Positions 36,467 through 50,010 are shown, counted from the stretch's first letter. The stretch: 64,000 nucleotides of DNA from Macrostomum lignano (GCA_002269645.1 NIVC01000818.1:1-64000), one strand, 5' to 3'. The notes: a model not told the origin generated them from the letters alone. Numbers and translations: made by a program.

Positions 36467-37223
36467 ATGCAGCGCTCCGTGCACCTGACTGCCCTCCTAT
36501 CCGTGCCTCTGGCCCTGCTGTTCCTGGTGGCGATGAGTCAGCCAAGTGTGCTGCATCACGGATACATCGGCTGCTTTGTTGATGGTGACAACAGCAACAG
36601 AGATTTGAAAGGCCTGGCTGGGTTGAAGACCATCGGGCCTTTCACCGATAAGATAGAGTTCGCCTACTTTTTCAATGGATACACCGTCACCATCGAGAGC
36701 TGCAGCAGCCTCTGCGCCCTGGGCAGATTTCGCTACTTCGGTCTGCAGGCGCAAGGCTTCTGCTTCTGCGGCAACAGCTACGGACTGCACGGAGCCGCTT
36801 CATCAGATTCTGAGTGTAACGAAGACTGCACTGGAAACAGCAGCCAGAAGTGCGGCGGTCAAAGTAGAAACTCCATTTATGAGAACATCTATGCGCCCGG
36901 TAAGAACATTTTCGGGTCTTTTGGCTAACAATTCCTGCATCAACATTTTTCTGCATTTGTGCTGCTGCTCAGAGACCGGCCTCTTCAAGCGCGTGGCCTC
37001 AACCAAGTCGATGCTCACCACCGCGCCCGGACAGCCAGAGAACAGCACCTACTGGAGCCAGGAGGCCACGGGAGTCTTCGAGTGCGCCGCCGCCTGCCAC
37101 CGCAGCCCGGACTGCCTCGCCTGCGCCTTCGTGCAGTCCAGCCGGATGTGCCGCCTCATGAGATTCGCCGCTGTGCCCAGCGAGGTCGCCAGCGAGGCCC
37201 AGTGGGTCTGGATGAAGCCGTGA
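36467..37223 (+). CDS. Secreted WSC + PAN/Apple protein, copy 2 (exons 36467-36899, 36973-37223; 227 aa)
   Basis: Signal peptide MQRSVHLTALLSVPLALLFLVAMS, 8-Cys WSC, 73-nt phase-1 intron GTAAGA..GCTCAG, PAN core, AATAAA at 37235. Confidence 0.92.
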
Positions 37224-37769
37224 GCCTGACGGTCAATAAAGCAAGCGGAAACAGGAAGTACGAGCCAAGTGATATTCAACCTGATATTCGGAACCAAGCT
37301 TAACTTCTTGAAACAGCTGACGTACCGTAGGGGATCAGCAATCTGAGTAAAACAAATGAAAATAGTTCACCAATCCAACTCAACCTGGTTTGCACGACGC
37401 ACTTTTACGCCGCATCCTGCGCGCTAAAAGCGAGCAAATAAATTCCCCCACGCGACTGCGACCCATGCAATTACTGAATTGGGAGGCTTTTATGAAATCT
37501 TCAATGGATTTAATGGCGCCGGAAACTTCTTAAGCCTTTAATGCCGCATTGAAGGGATTAAAAGCTTCTTGGTCAAGAAAATTACTTTCGATTTACATGT
37601 AGAAGCACTTTTAAACTAAAACTAAAGAGCTTTATTCACAGTTTTTGTGAATCATTTTCAAATAAAGGTACGATATATTTCATTTAAAACATGTACATGT
37701 ATGTATCGATTTTCCAGGAATATATTGATTCTTCCTAAAAAAAGTATCTTTTACCTTGGGCTTTAGCAC

Positions 37770-38408
37770 CAGGCGCCAGCACCAGGGGCGCCAGCCCCAT
37801 TTGCGTCAGAACCAAGAGGCGCCAGCAATAGGGGTACCAGCACCAGAGGCGCCAGCACCAGAGGCGCCAGCACCAGAGGCGCCAGCACCAGAGGCGCCAG
37901 CACCAGAGGCGCCAGCACCAGAGGCGCCAGCACCAGAGGCGCCAGCACCAGAGGCGCCAGCACCAGAGGCGCCAGCACCAGAGGCGCCAGCACCAGAGGC
38001 GCCAGCACCAGAGGCGCCAGCACCAGAGGCGCCAGCACCAGAGGCGCCAGCACCAGAGGCGCCAGCACCAGAGGCGCCAGCACCAGAGGCGCCAGCACCA
38101 GAGGCGCCAGCACCAGAGGCGCCAGCACCAGAGGCGCCAGCACCAGAGGCGCCAGCACCAGAGGCGCCAGCACCAGAGGCGCCAGCACCAGAGGCGCCAG
38201 CACCAGAGGCGCCAGCACCAGAGGCGCCAGCACCAGAGGCGCCAGCACCAGAGGCGCCAGCACCAGAGGCGCCAGCACCAGAGGCGCCAGCACCAGAGGC
38301 GCCAGCACCAGAGGCGCCAGCACCAGAGGCGCCAGCACCAGAGGCGCCAGCACCAGAGGCGCAGCACCAGAGGCGCCAGCACCAGAGGCGCCAGCACCAG
38401 AGGCGTCA
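37770..38408. repeat. Near-perfect 15-nt minisatellite GAGGCGCCAGCACCA
   Basis: About 37 identical copies with a single 1-nt slip near 38362. Confidence 0.97.
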
Positions 38409-39214
38409 GTTCAATTGTTTAAATTTTTTAATGAACAAATTGAGTTGTTGAGTTGAACAAATTTTTAATGAAGCAACTCAATTAATCCATTTTGACTTTC
38501 AGCAACTAGAACGTTGAAAAAACTGATAAATGGCCATAACTTTTAGGGTTTTAAATTATAACTTCAAAAGCGCCAGAGGTCGACCTTGCGAATTCCGTGA
38601 ATCTTGTGAAACAGCCTCCAACAGAGGACGTACAATCGAGTTGAATGTTTTTTGCAACTAAAACCAAATTCTAATGAAATGGAAACGGTTTGAGTTGTTC
38701 CTGTGTTTTTACACTATTACGACATTGTTTGTCACTTTGAAATGATACTGGATGAATAGACCCCAATCGCATGATTTCAGTCCAGAATATGGTTTCTAAA
38801 CTTTATGACTTGCAGTCAACCCCCCTCACTAGGGATTTTTTAAAACACAAAAACTCCCAACCCCCACTTTTACCCGACCTAAGAGTTGGGGAGGATCGAA
38901 TGAAGAGAGTCAAAGGATGCTGCCAGAGCCACTGCTACCCAGAACGGATCAATGATGCGGTGGGCATTTTTTCACGATTTTAAACTTCCTAGCTTCAGCG
39001 GCTCAGGAATTACAAAGCAACTTCCTTGCCTCGGCTACCATTGTTCTCTCCTGAAAGCGCTGCTTTGAATAGCGACGGCTGCCTCTACGTGCTCTGAACT
39101 TTTTACCATTGTCCGAAACTCTTTCACTGAATTCACCCGAACCCCAACCGGACGGACTCGAAATGGGGGGAAGGACATGGCGCTGCATGTCAAAGCGACA
39201 TCGGACCCGCAGCC

Positions 39215-39469
39215 ACGCACCCGCAGCCGACAGCTCAGCCGCAGCTATTGCGCGGCGCATCTGAAGGCTGCGTACGGCTGTTCAGTCCAAGGACTGGCGG
39301 GTCGCCACACACACCCTCAATTACCCCAGCTAATGCTGGCACCCATTTTACAGCTGAGTGAACTGAAGCAATGCAGAGAGTTAAGTATCCGCTCAAGGAA
39401 AAATTGCCAAGAATCGAACCCCCGACCTTTAGGTCGCGAGTCCGACGCTCTAACCACTAGGCTACAACC
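39215..39469 (-). mobile_element. Full-length tRNA-derived SINE with a MIR-like CORE domain
   Basis: Minus strand reads head GTAGCCTAGTGGTTAGAGCGTCGGACTC..GGGGTTCGATTC, then CCTTGAGCGGATACTTAACTCTCTGCATTGCTTCAGTTCACTCAGCTGTAAAATGGG (39398-39342), which resembles the CORE consensus, then the shared 3' body. Confidence 0.85.
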
Positions 39470-40004
39470 TCCTCACCCTAGCAGTGAGCTCAACAAATAC
39501 GCTTTTGCCTCTTGTTCACCGAGATTAATTTCCATGTACTACCACTCAGTTAAAAGTAGTATAGTGAAAATTTGCATCTGTGACGCAGATAACGCATGGA
39601 AAGTCGACTGAATCGAAAAGTATCCAATAGTCCAGCGCATTGTTAGCGACTTTTCAACCTTTTATTGTGCGCGCAATGGCGAACCATTAAGAGACCCATT
39701 TTAGACCTCATTGAGACTTTTCAGCTCTCTGCAGTGTCTCCTGAAAGGGACCAGCTCTCATCCTACATGCCGGAATCAAAGGGACAATAGCCACTGCTCC
39801 CATTGTTGCAGCAATATCTGACTACTTCACTCTACTCTTTTCGTGCAGGTTAATGGACTTTGAGCAATGCAGCCGGCCAGGGACTTTTTAGCATAGCAAC
39901 TGGACTGGAATCTGCCAAAAATCCTCATTACTGAATGAGGCAGAATAAGGGAGAACAGCAATGAAAGGAAATGCAAAATGCAAAACGCAAGTCCAACTCT
40001 TGTC

Positions 40005-40283
40005 TAACATGCACTTTATTAAAGCCACATTGTCGCACAACCGGCGAAAGGCATTGCTGCCCATTCCCCTGACTCCCCTGAGCAGACACACAAGCGAGCG
40101 GATACGTACGCAGTCAAACACACAGGCACATACACACGAGTGTACAGCGGCCCTGTTGGGCCTCAAGGGCGTTAATTGCACGAGCAGAGCCAAGCCGAGA
40201 TTCCAATTTAGCCCCAAATTTTTGCTAAAATCGATCGCATAGATAGATAGATAGACACAGACAGACCATTTTTAGTATATGGA
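40005..40283 (-). mobile_element. Helitron-like family B copy retaining its 5' end
   Basis: The body matches 29300-29555. It ends in (ATAG)n/(ACAG)n and TTTTAGTATATGGA, which is a TCCATATACTAAAA 5' terminus on the minus strand. Confidence 0.6.
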
Positions 40284-40592
40284 AATAATTTTTTTATTGC
40301 CCCCCTTTAAGTGGAGCGGAGTGAGTTTTCTTATCAGTTGGCTCTGGCGCAATCAATTAAAATTGGCAGTGAAGTTTCTGGCTGATAAAATTTGCATTGA
40401 AAAAGGCCATTTAAAACAGTTTTTCGAATATTTAATCCCTTTAGTATTGAAGCAGATACAAGAAATTTTAACTGTCTTCTTTCCAGACAATTTTGAATCT
40501 TTTGGCGAAAACGCGATCAAAATCGGTGAAGAATTGCAATCTGTAGAGCGTTATGGACATACAAATATTAGAGATTTAGTATATTTAGAAGA

Positions 40593-43500
40593 CTAGCAAT
40601 CAGCGCCCCCCGTTGGGGAGCCAAAAAAATGCAGTACAAGTTTTTTTTAATAAACTACATGTAAGCGTCTCTTTGCATTATACCTTGTAAGCCTTGACAT
40701 GTCAGAAAATCCCCCCACAAGCCTTAGCATATCAACCCCCTTGACGTCTTAGCAATGCCCCATAAGCCTTGCAATCTTAAAAAATCTGTCAACCTTCTAA
40801 CCCTAGCCCTAGCCTAACCCTAGCCCTAACCCTAACCCTAACCCTAACCCTAACCCTAAAGCATTGACATTTCAGTAATTCTCTCTAACAGTCATTATAG
40901 CACTACTACAGCATTAAAGCGATTCCTTGCAAGCCTCGACATCGTAGGGATTCCCAAATGAATCTCTTAACTTCGACATGAAGCTTCTTTTATTTTTTAC
41001 ATTACGCTTTTTCTATCAGCGATCCCTCCCGTGAGGAGCCAACAAATAAAGAAAAAAAGTTTTCAATGGACTACATGTAGCTTCTGACTTTAGCCTTGAA
41101 ATCTCATTTATTCCCCATGAGCCTTGACATCTCAGCTATTCCCCCGTAAGCCTTGACATGTCAGCAATGCCCCCATAAACCTTGATATCTGAAAAATCCC
41201 CTGTTAACCTTGAAACCCGATAAAATATAACCCTCAACCCACACCTGACCTAAACCTAACTTTAACCCAACCTAAAGCCTTGAAATCTCAGCAATTCTTC
41301 TCCCCTAAGCCTTGAAATTTTAGTGATTCTTTCTTCAAGAAACACAGCACTATAGCGATTCCCTCCAAGCCTTGACATCGTAGCAATTCCCAAATGAATC
41401 TTTTAACTTCGACATGACTCTTCTTTTATGTATACATAGTGCTTCTTTTCTTTTTTACATGACTCTTCTTCTATCAGCGCCCCCCCCCGTGGCGAGCCAA
41501 CAAAGAATGTAATAAAAAAATTGAGTAAAGTACATGTACTTTGAAGTAGCTTCTGACTTTTGCTTTGACATCTCAGAAACCCCCCCCCCCCCGCGTAATC
41601 TCAGTTATTCTCCGTGAGCCTTGACATCTAGCACAGTAAGTCTCCCCAGCGCAGCACAATAGCTTCATTTAATTTTTACATGACACCTCTTTCATGTCTG
41701 ACATTTTTTTGTCACTTGATTTTTGATGTCAGTATGATTTTTTTACATGACGCTTCTATGATTTTTTACATGACGCTTCTATGATTTTTTACATGAAGCT
41801 TCTATGATTTTTTATATGACGCTTCTATGATTGCTTACGTGACGCTTCTATGATTTTTTACATGGCGCTTCTATGATTTTTACATGACGCTTCTATGATT
41901 GTTTACATGACGCTTCTATGATTTTTTACATGACGCTTCTATGATTTTTTACATGAAGCTTCTATGATTTTTTATATGACGCTTCTATGATTGCTTACGT
42001 GACGCTTCTATGATTTTTTACATGACGCTTCTATGATTGTTTACATGACGCTTCTATGATTTTTTACATGACGCTTCTATGATTTTTTACATGACGCTTC
42101 TATGATTTTTTACATGAAGCTTCTATGATTTTTTATATGACGCTTCTATGATTGCTTACGTGACGCTTCTATGATTTTTTACATGGCGCTTCTATGATTT
42201 TTACATGACGCTTCTATGATTGTTTACATGACGCTTCTATGATTGTTTACATGACGCTTCTATGATGTTTTACATGACGCTTCTATGATATTTTACATGA
42301 CGCTTCTATGATTTTTTCATGACGCTTTCATGATTTTTTACATTACGCTTCTATGATATTTTACATGACGCTTCTATGATTTTTTACATGACGCTTCTAT
42401 AATTTTGCATGACGCTTCTATGATTTCTTTATGACGCTTTCATGATTGTTTACATGACGCTTCTATGAATTTTTTACATGACGCTTCTATGATTTTTTAC
42501 ATGACGCTTCTATGATTTTTTACATGACGCTTCTATGATTTTTTACATGGCGCTTCTATGATTTTTTACATGACGCTTTCAAGATTGTTTACATGACGCT
42601 TCTATGATATTTTACATGACGCTTCTATGATTGTTTACATGACGCTTCTATGATTTTTTACATGACGCTTCTATGATTTTTTATATGACGCTTCTTTGAT
42701 TTTTTACATGACGCTTCTATGATTTTTTCATGACGCTTTCATGATTTTTTCATGACGCTTCTATGATTGTTTATATGACGCTTTCATGATTGTTTACATG
42801 ACGCTTCTATGATTGTTTACATGACGCTTCTATGATTTTTTACATGACGCTTCTTTGATTTTTACATGACGCTTCTATGATTTTTTACATGACGCTTCTA
42901 TGATTGTTTACATGACGCTTCTATGATTTTTTACATGACGCTTCTATGATTGTTTACATGACGCTTCTATGATTTTTTACATGACGCTTCTATGATTTTT
43001 TACATGACGCTTCTATGATTGTTTACATGACGCTTCTATGATTTTTTACATGACGCTTCTATGATTGTTTACATGACGCTTCTATGATTTTTTACATGAC
43101 GCTTCTATGATTTTTTACATGACGCTTCCATGATTTTTTACATGACGCTTCTATGATTTTTTCATGACGCTTCTATGATTTTTTCATGACGCTTCTATGA
43201 TTTTTTCATGACGCTTTCATGATTGTTTACATGACGCTTCTATGATTTTTACATGACGCTTCTATGATTTTTTACATGACGCTTCTATGCTTTTTTACCT
43301 GACGCCTTTTGTCCTTTATTTGTCCTTTAATAAAAGGTTTTAATAAAAAACTTTTCACTACTTAGATTCGAACCCAGGTCGCTGCATTTGCAGTCCAGTC
43401 TGTTCACTTCTAGGCTAGCTATTATCGAATTTATAAATTAAATTGTAGCACTTATATAATTCAACACTCACTCACGAATCAGTTATGACATAATCAATTT

Positions 43501-43912
43501 CCCAGGCAAGTCAGTATCAGTCTCAATTAAAGTTGAGAATATGGTTACGCAATCTAAATCAAGTCTGGTGCTACGCTTCCACACTGCATTTTCAATACTG
43601 TGACGCAATTCAAGTCGGAGTTACAATTCAGTTATGATGCAATCTATTTCAGAATCAGAATTCAACCAGTCAATTTTTTTCTCTAGCATTATTACAATGC
43701 ATTTCAAGTCGAAAAGTTTGCTTGACCTTTGCAAAAAAGCATGTTTTTCGAGTATTTAATGCCTTTAGCATCGAGCAATTTCTTAGCCAAGACACATGTA
43801 CCGTCACGGGAAAATTTCTGATCGAACAGTGCAAGTCTCATGAAAATCGGTTAAGCCATTTTTTCTCTAATCGATTGCAAGCAAGCAAGATTTTCATTTT
43901 TAGTATATAGGA
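40593..43912 (-). mobile_element. Non-autonomous Helitron-like composite element, copy 2
   Basis: Same order of modules as 22812-26459: CTAG plus hairpin, three subrepeats of about 450 nt, CCCTAA tract, CATGACGCTTCTATG satellite, tRNA-like head, TC terminus at 43912. Confidence 0.7.
41745..43305. repeat. 22-24-nt CATGACGCTTCTATG satellite inside Helitron-like copy 2
   Basis: Roughly 65-70 copies; the pattern of variants differs from copy 1. Confidence 0.95.
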
Positions 43913-44184
43913 CGAGGCCAACTCCTCCTTCGGAGAAGAAAGGGGAAGAACTCTCATCACCGGAATCCCATTCCATGAACTCTCCGCGAAACAGAAATCG
44001 TCTCCGTGAGACTGAACACCATCGAAATCCTCTCCGCGAAAATCCTCTCCGTGTAACTGGACTCAATCAAAATTTCTCCGTCAAACAGAACCCAGCTCTC
44101 AGAATTCATTGGTTATGGTTAGGGTTAGGGTTAGAGCTACACACAGCTGCGTGTTGAAAGGCGCCGTAAAGACATCGAACCAAT

Positions 44185-45243
44185 TAAATTGCGCAACTTA
44201 TTTCTCAGGCAGTCAGTATCAGCCTCGGTTAAAGTTAACAAAAAATTGCGCAATCTAAATCAACCCTCCAATACACAGCGACCGAACCCCTTCGAATACG
44301 CAGCGCAGCTAGAAATTGAACCCCCCCCCCACTGTTGGGGGTCTGTCAAACCCTCATTGAACCCTCGAAAATGAGTACGATCTTTGCAAAAAGTTAAAAG
44401 TATGGAAATTGCTTTTCGAATGCTGTGCTTTTAATTTTCACATTTAGAGCAAACAACTTATATCCCCTAACTCAGCGTTGCAACCTCTTTCCAGCAATAT
44501 AAGTCTCCTCCTCAAGTTTAAAACTCGAAGAACAGTTTGGCTTTGAAATTTCCCGTTTTAAGGAATTGAACTATCGAGTGTACGTTCACTGCCTGCAGCA
44601 GTGGGAGGCTCGCAAGTTTATTCCTTGAATTTTACTGTCCAACAAATACACAGTGTCCAACAAATACACAGGGCTGCCTATTGAAAATCAGAAAACATAT
44701 CGTTGCGCAATTGTCTATACAATCAGCCAGTGAGCTAGGGTCCGATTGTACACACGCAGCCACTGAGAACGCCCCCATTCCCCCATTGGAGAGAAAATAC
44801 ACTGCCGAGATAGGAGAAAGTTATGGCGTAATCACTAAAAATTGATGCCAACTGGCCCAGTTACACCCCTTCAGCTAAAAGAATACACTACACAGATAGG
44901 CCAGCTGTTGTGGCGCAATCACTAAGAGTTGCGCAAGGTGGATCATATTCCCTATTGTTATATTATTTCTGCTTTTTTAGGGATCTTAAAATGTGAAAAT
45001 GAAAGATTAAAATAGCTATAAACCCAACCCAGAAAATTTGCAGTTTACCCATATAAGTTTCAACGCTGAGTTGCAAGTAGTCTTGGAGAAAAATTGCAAC
45101 ATACAGACAGACAAACATCGCACCAACTTTAGTATTAAGAAAATTTGCAGTTTTCCCATATAAGTTTCAACGCTGACTTGCCAGTAGTCTAGGAGAAAAA
45201 TTGCAACACACAAACAAACATCGCACCACTTTTAGTATTAAGA
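44185..45243 (-). mobile_element. Further Helitron-like remnant with a tandemly duplicated 5' end
   Basis: 44200-44260 resembles 26050-26105. A segment of about 105 nt is duplicated (45033-45138, 45139-45243), and the outer copy ends TTTTAGTATTAAGA|T, which is A|TC on the minus strand. Confidence 0.5.
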
Positions 45244-45245
45244 TT

Positions 45246-45318
45246 GACTGCACTCGGAATCGAGCCTGGGCCGCTGGCACATCAGAGCTCCGCGCCAGAC
45301 CACTAAGGCTACGCCCCC
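45246..45318 (-). mobile_element. tRNA-derived SINE head
   Basis: Minus strand reads GGGGGCGTAGCCTTAGTGG (A-box) ... GGCTCGATTCC (B-box). Confidence 0.75.
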
Positions 45319-45764
45319 TGACTGACATGCATATACATGTGTCTTGAATTTTAAGACAAGAAAGCAAAAACGGCCCAGTGCTTGTGAGAGTACCGTAGGA
45401 ATCAATTGCCAGGTCATTCCGTACTCAATTTCGAGTCTTCAAAGAGCGCAGAGCAGCTAAACTTAGAAAAAAAATTCACTTCAATGAAAAAGGGAAAAAA
45501 GAGAAAAGCCATCAAGAGTAGCATCTTCCTGCCTATGCGGTGCCCTGCCAGCATTCGAATTTTCTCAAAAGCTTGTTCATATGGTGCTCTGGACTAGAGA
45601 GTCTAGTGGTTCTCAGAGCCAGTGAACTAGAAAGCAGATATCGACAGTGACTAAGGAATCTTCTCGCGATGAGAACAAGCCAGAGCAATGGCTTGATACC
45701 AGAAACCAGCAGTGCACTGTGTATGCTTTACAGCAGGAGTCGCGGCTCGCGAAGTCTCTCCATC

Positions 45765-46600
<836 letters not shown>

Positions 46601-46699
46601 TCTAAAGCATCGACCCCTGCTTTACAGAAAGAGGAACCGATGAAGCACATAAGCCCAGCTGAATGCATTGCCAGTGCAGATTGGAGATAACTGCAGGTA

Positions 46700-47325
46700 A
46701 TGACTTGATTTTGTCATTATAACATATGTTATCCAGCCTTTAACATGGTGTATCATTCCTTTATCTACAATAAATTCTACACTGAACCTGTTGGATGCGA
46801 ATTCTGCAGAACTACTAGGATATGCTACTCAGCTGAGCAGAAATTCCTCACCATTTAACTGCCTTAGTTAAATGCCCGGCCGGATTCGAGCTCAGTCGAA
46901 ATTCACAATGCTTTTTGACTCCGGACTTTGGAAATTCCTGACGCTGGCTTGTTCAGAGTCAGGTATCGTGTGTCTGTCTGGACTCCTAGCTGACGTCTGA
47001 GCTCACAGTGGATTCATTTGAGTAAACAGCAGGTTTACAGTTCCGGCGCATCCACTGGTACAGCTCTCTGGCATTTGACATTCATCGTTTCAGCGCAGCC
47101 TACAGTCAGCCAAGAGGAATTGCGAATGGAACACGAGAGTATGAAAATACAGCAAGCTCAGAAGACGTGTCACACAGTTGGTTGATCTGCGTTGAATCAG
47201 CTGAGCCCAACCAGAAATATGAGATTGTATTTGAGAAACTCGCGCTGCTCTTGCGATGGACTTTTCTCCTGAATTGGTTGGCGAAGTTGCGTAGCAACTG
47301 AGAATAATTAATGGTTTATAATATC
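46700..47325 (-). pseudogene. Possible decayed LINE apurinic endonuclease fragment
   Basis: Minus-strand fragments PLIILSCYATSPTNSGE, ARI and NGEEFL resemble the APE motifs CYAPT, GDFNAR and NG. Multiple stops are present. Confidence 0.35.
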
Positions 47326-47712
47326 CGCTACATTGTATGCCAAAATGTGCTTTTGAAAACAGCTTCAGACACTGTTAGGACCCCTGGGTCCAATTTTACC
47401 ACAATGGAGCGTCCACGTCCTGCATGACGTCCTGTAGACCTTGTATAAGACAGAATGTTTCTTCCGCCAGGATCCCTTGGTCCTTTTCGGGCAAAGCTGG
47501 CTTAGACAATGATGTGGATGAGCCTTCAGAGCGCGTACATTTTTTATGAACTTTGAGCCATCGCTTCATCTAGCATAACTGACTTACTAGACTGGGCGAT
47601 TGCCTTGATTTGACTGGCTATAGGTTTTGCTCCCCCATGAAATGTTTGGGGTGGGAGCTTCCAATTCAGATTCTCTATCAAGAAGTCCCTGAGCCGGGCA
47701 AATAAAGCAATT

Positions 47713-47743
47713 GGGGTGGGGGCGACACCGGTCGATATAAAAA
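47713..47743 (+). promoter_or_regulatory. GC-box and canonical TATA box of WSC-PAN copy 3
   Basis: GGGGTGGGGGCG followed by TATAAAAG (47736-47743), about 80 nt upstream of the ATG at 47821. Confidence 0.7.
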
Positions 47744-47820
47744 GTCTGCGGAGAACTTGAAATTACCAGACTGATTCAGACTCAGCTCTCCGTTCATCAT
47801 CGCAACCCGTCGCTGAGCCA

Positions 47821-48592
47821 ATGTTCCGCCCCGATCAGGCCCTCCTGCTGCTGCTGGTGCAGGGCTATTGTTGCTCAGGGCTTCTGCTGCCTCCGCAGCC
47901 GCTGGGCCATCAGTACCTTGGCTGCTACGTTGACGGAGGCAACGGGGACCGGGACCTGGTCGGCCTGAAAGGGGTCACTACTTTGGGGCCCTACTCATAT
48001 GACTCAGGAAACCCAGTCTTTGTCCGAGAAGAAAGTCTGACGCTGGAGATGTGCAGAGAAATCTGCTCCTACGGCCGCTTTCGCTACTTCGGTACCCAGA
48101 GCCGCGTTTTCTGCTGCTGCAGCTCGACCTACGGCTCGAAAGGCGTCGCCGCTGCCGCCGACTGCATCTACCCTTGCACAGGGAACACGTCTCAGGAGTG
48201 CGGCGGCGACTCAAGAAACTCCATCTATGAGTCTCTGTATCCACCGAGTGTGTTCTGCGCCAAGAACATTGTGATCCTCTCAATAAGTTAAACCAGTTTT
48301 TATCACAACGATTTAGACAACGTTTTAAACTCCTTCCTAATTTACAGTTGAACCGAAACTAATGAAAGTTCCCGTTGCTTCCATGCCGAGCATCGCAGCC
48401 TCCACCAGCTCCATCGTTTACCGCAGCGAGACGGCCGGAAGCGTCATCGAGTGTGCGGCCGCCTGCCACCGAAGCCCGGACTGCCTCGCCTGCGCCTTCG
48501 TGCAGTCCAGCCGGATGTGCCGCCTCATGAGATTCGCCGCTGTGCCCAGCGACATCGCCAGCGAGGCCCAGTGGGTCTGGGTGAAGCCGTGA
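47821..48592 (+). CDS. Secreted WSC + PAN/Apple protein, copy 3 (exons 47821-48247, 48348-48592; 223 aa)
   Basis: Signal peptide MFRPDQALLLLLVQGYCCSG. WSC YLGCYVD..RDL..LTLEMCREIC..CGGDSRNSIY. 100-nt phase-1 intron GTGTGT(48248)..TTACAG(48347). PAN core present. Confidence 0.88.
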
Positions 48593-49481
48593 CGAATTTG
48601 CAACTACAAAAGCAAATGAGTTCGAGAGAAGAACTTCTGGGATGGCGAAATCGAGCAAACAAGCAGAGAACAATTACTTAATGTTGCTTTTTTTAGCAAA
48701 GGCGTTTTTAATTAGTAACGTGGACTGCCCTACCGTACGTTAACAATTTTTTTACCTTATCTCCTTATCTTTTGAAAACTGTCCCCAAGTGGCTTTTTTA
48801 CACTTTTTCGCGGCACCCCAAATTGATTGTCTCCACTGTGAAGCAGAATCTGAATTGACAAAGCAAAAAAATACAAATAAATTCGGTGTTAAGCATGTTA
48901 ATACTGCAATACAATTTGATTTCACACCTGTCTTGACAAAACTTAACCTAGCAGAGCCAGTTAGCGAGTTTGCAGTTTCCTATCATGAGCATGCTCGTAA
49001 AACACCTGTCTAACTGTGCCCGAAGTCAATCAACTGTCAAACATCCATCGATCCAGTGAGTCCTAAGAAATCATCGCCTACTATTGAGTAAGTAGTAAGA
49101 TACGGTTATGAAGCTACTATTGAGCAGTGTAATCAAAGTGAAAGTGCAGACTGTCGGTGACGCACTGAAATGCGTCAGAACGATGGAAATTTGAAGCAGT
49201 ACATTTATTTGAAGAAGAGCTGCTTCCTCGTTCTGAGAAGCTGAGAACAACGTAGATTCACACAGGGGGCTTACCATAAATATTAACATCGTTTTCAATT
49301 CTTAGAAAAATCGACTTCCATTTTTTCCCCAGATGCTGCTTCAATTGGGCTTGAAAGTTTCGCGGATTTTCACCTGCCCAAGAGAGCACTCAAATTGTAT
49401 ACTCATAGCGACTCTCCGCATTAGCTGTGTAACTTCAAAGGCAGCTGGTATCCATCTGCACTCCTTGGTAGCAGCCTGAGG

Positions 49482-50010
49482 ATGTAGATGCTAATTACCT
49501 GAGGATCTGGATGCTAATTACCTGAGGATCTGGATGCTAATTACCTGAGGATCTAGATGCTAATTACCTGAGGATGTAGATGCTAATTACCTGAGGATCT
49601 GGATGCTAATTACGTGAGGATGTAGATGCTAATTACCTGAGGATCTAGATGCTAATTACCTGAGGATCTAGATGCTAATTACCTGAGGATCTAAATGCTG
49701 ATTACCTGAGTATCCAGATGCTGATTACCTGAGGATCTAGATGCTAATTACCTGGGAATCTAGATGCTAATTATCTTAGGATCTAGATGCTGAATACCTG
49801 AGGATCCAGATGCTAATTACCTGAGGATCTGGATGCTAATTACCTGAGGATCTGGATGCTTATTACCTGAGGATCTAGATGCTTATTACCTGAGGATCTA
49901 GATGCTAATTACCTGAGGATCTGGATGCTAATTACCTGAGGATCTGGATGCTAATTACCTGAGGATCTGGATGCTTATTACCTGAGGATCTAGATGCTAA
50001 TTACCTGAGA
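49482..50010. repeat. 23-nt minisatellite GATGCTAATTACCTGAGGATCTA
   Basis: About 22 tandem copies. Confidence 0.95.

Noticed and set aside
37735-38451. ORFs with (APEAP)n, (WCWRL)n and (LAPLV)n
   Set aside because: All come from one perfect 15-nt repeat that lacks stops in several frames. There is no credible start, splice context or unique coding flank.
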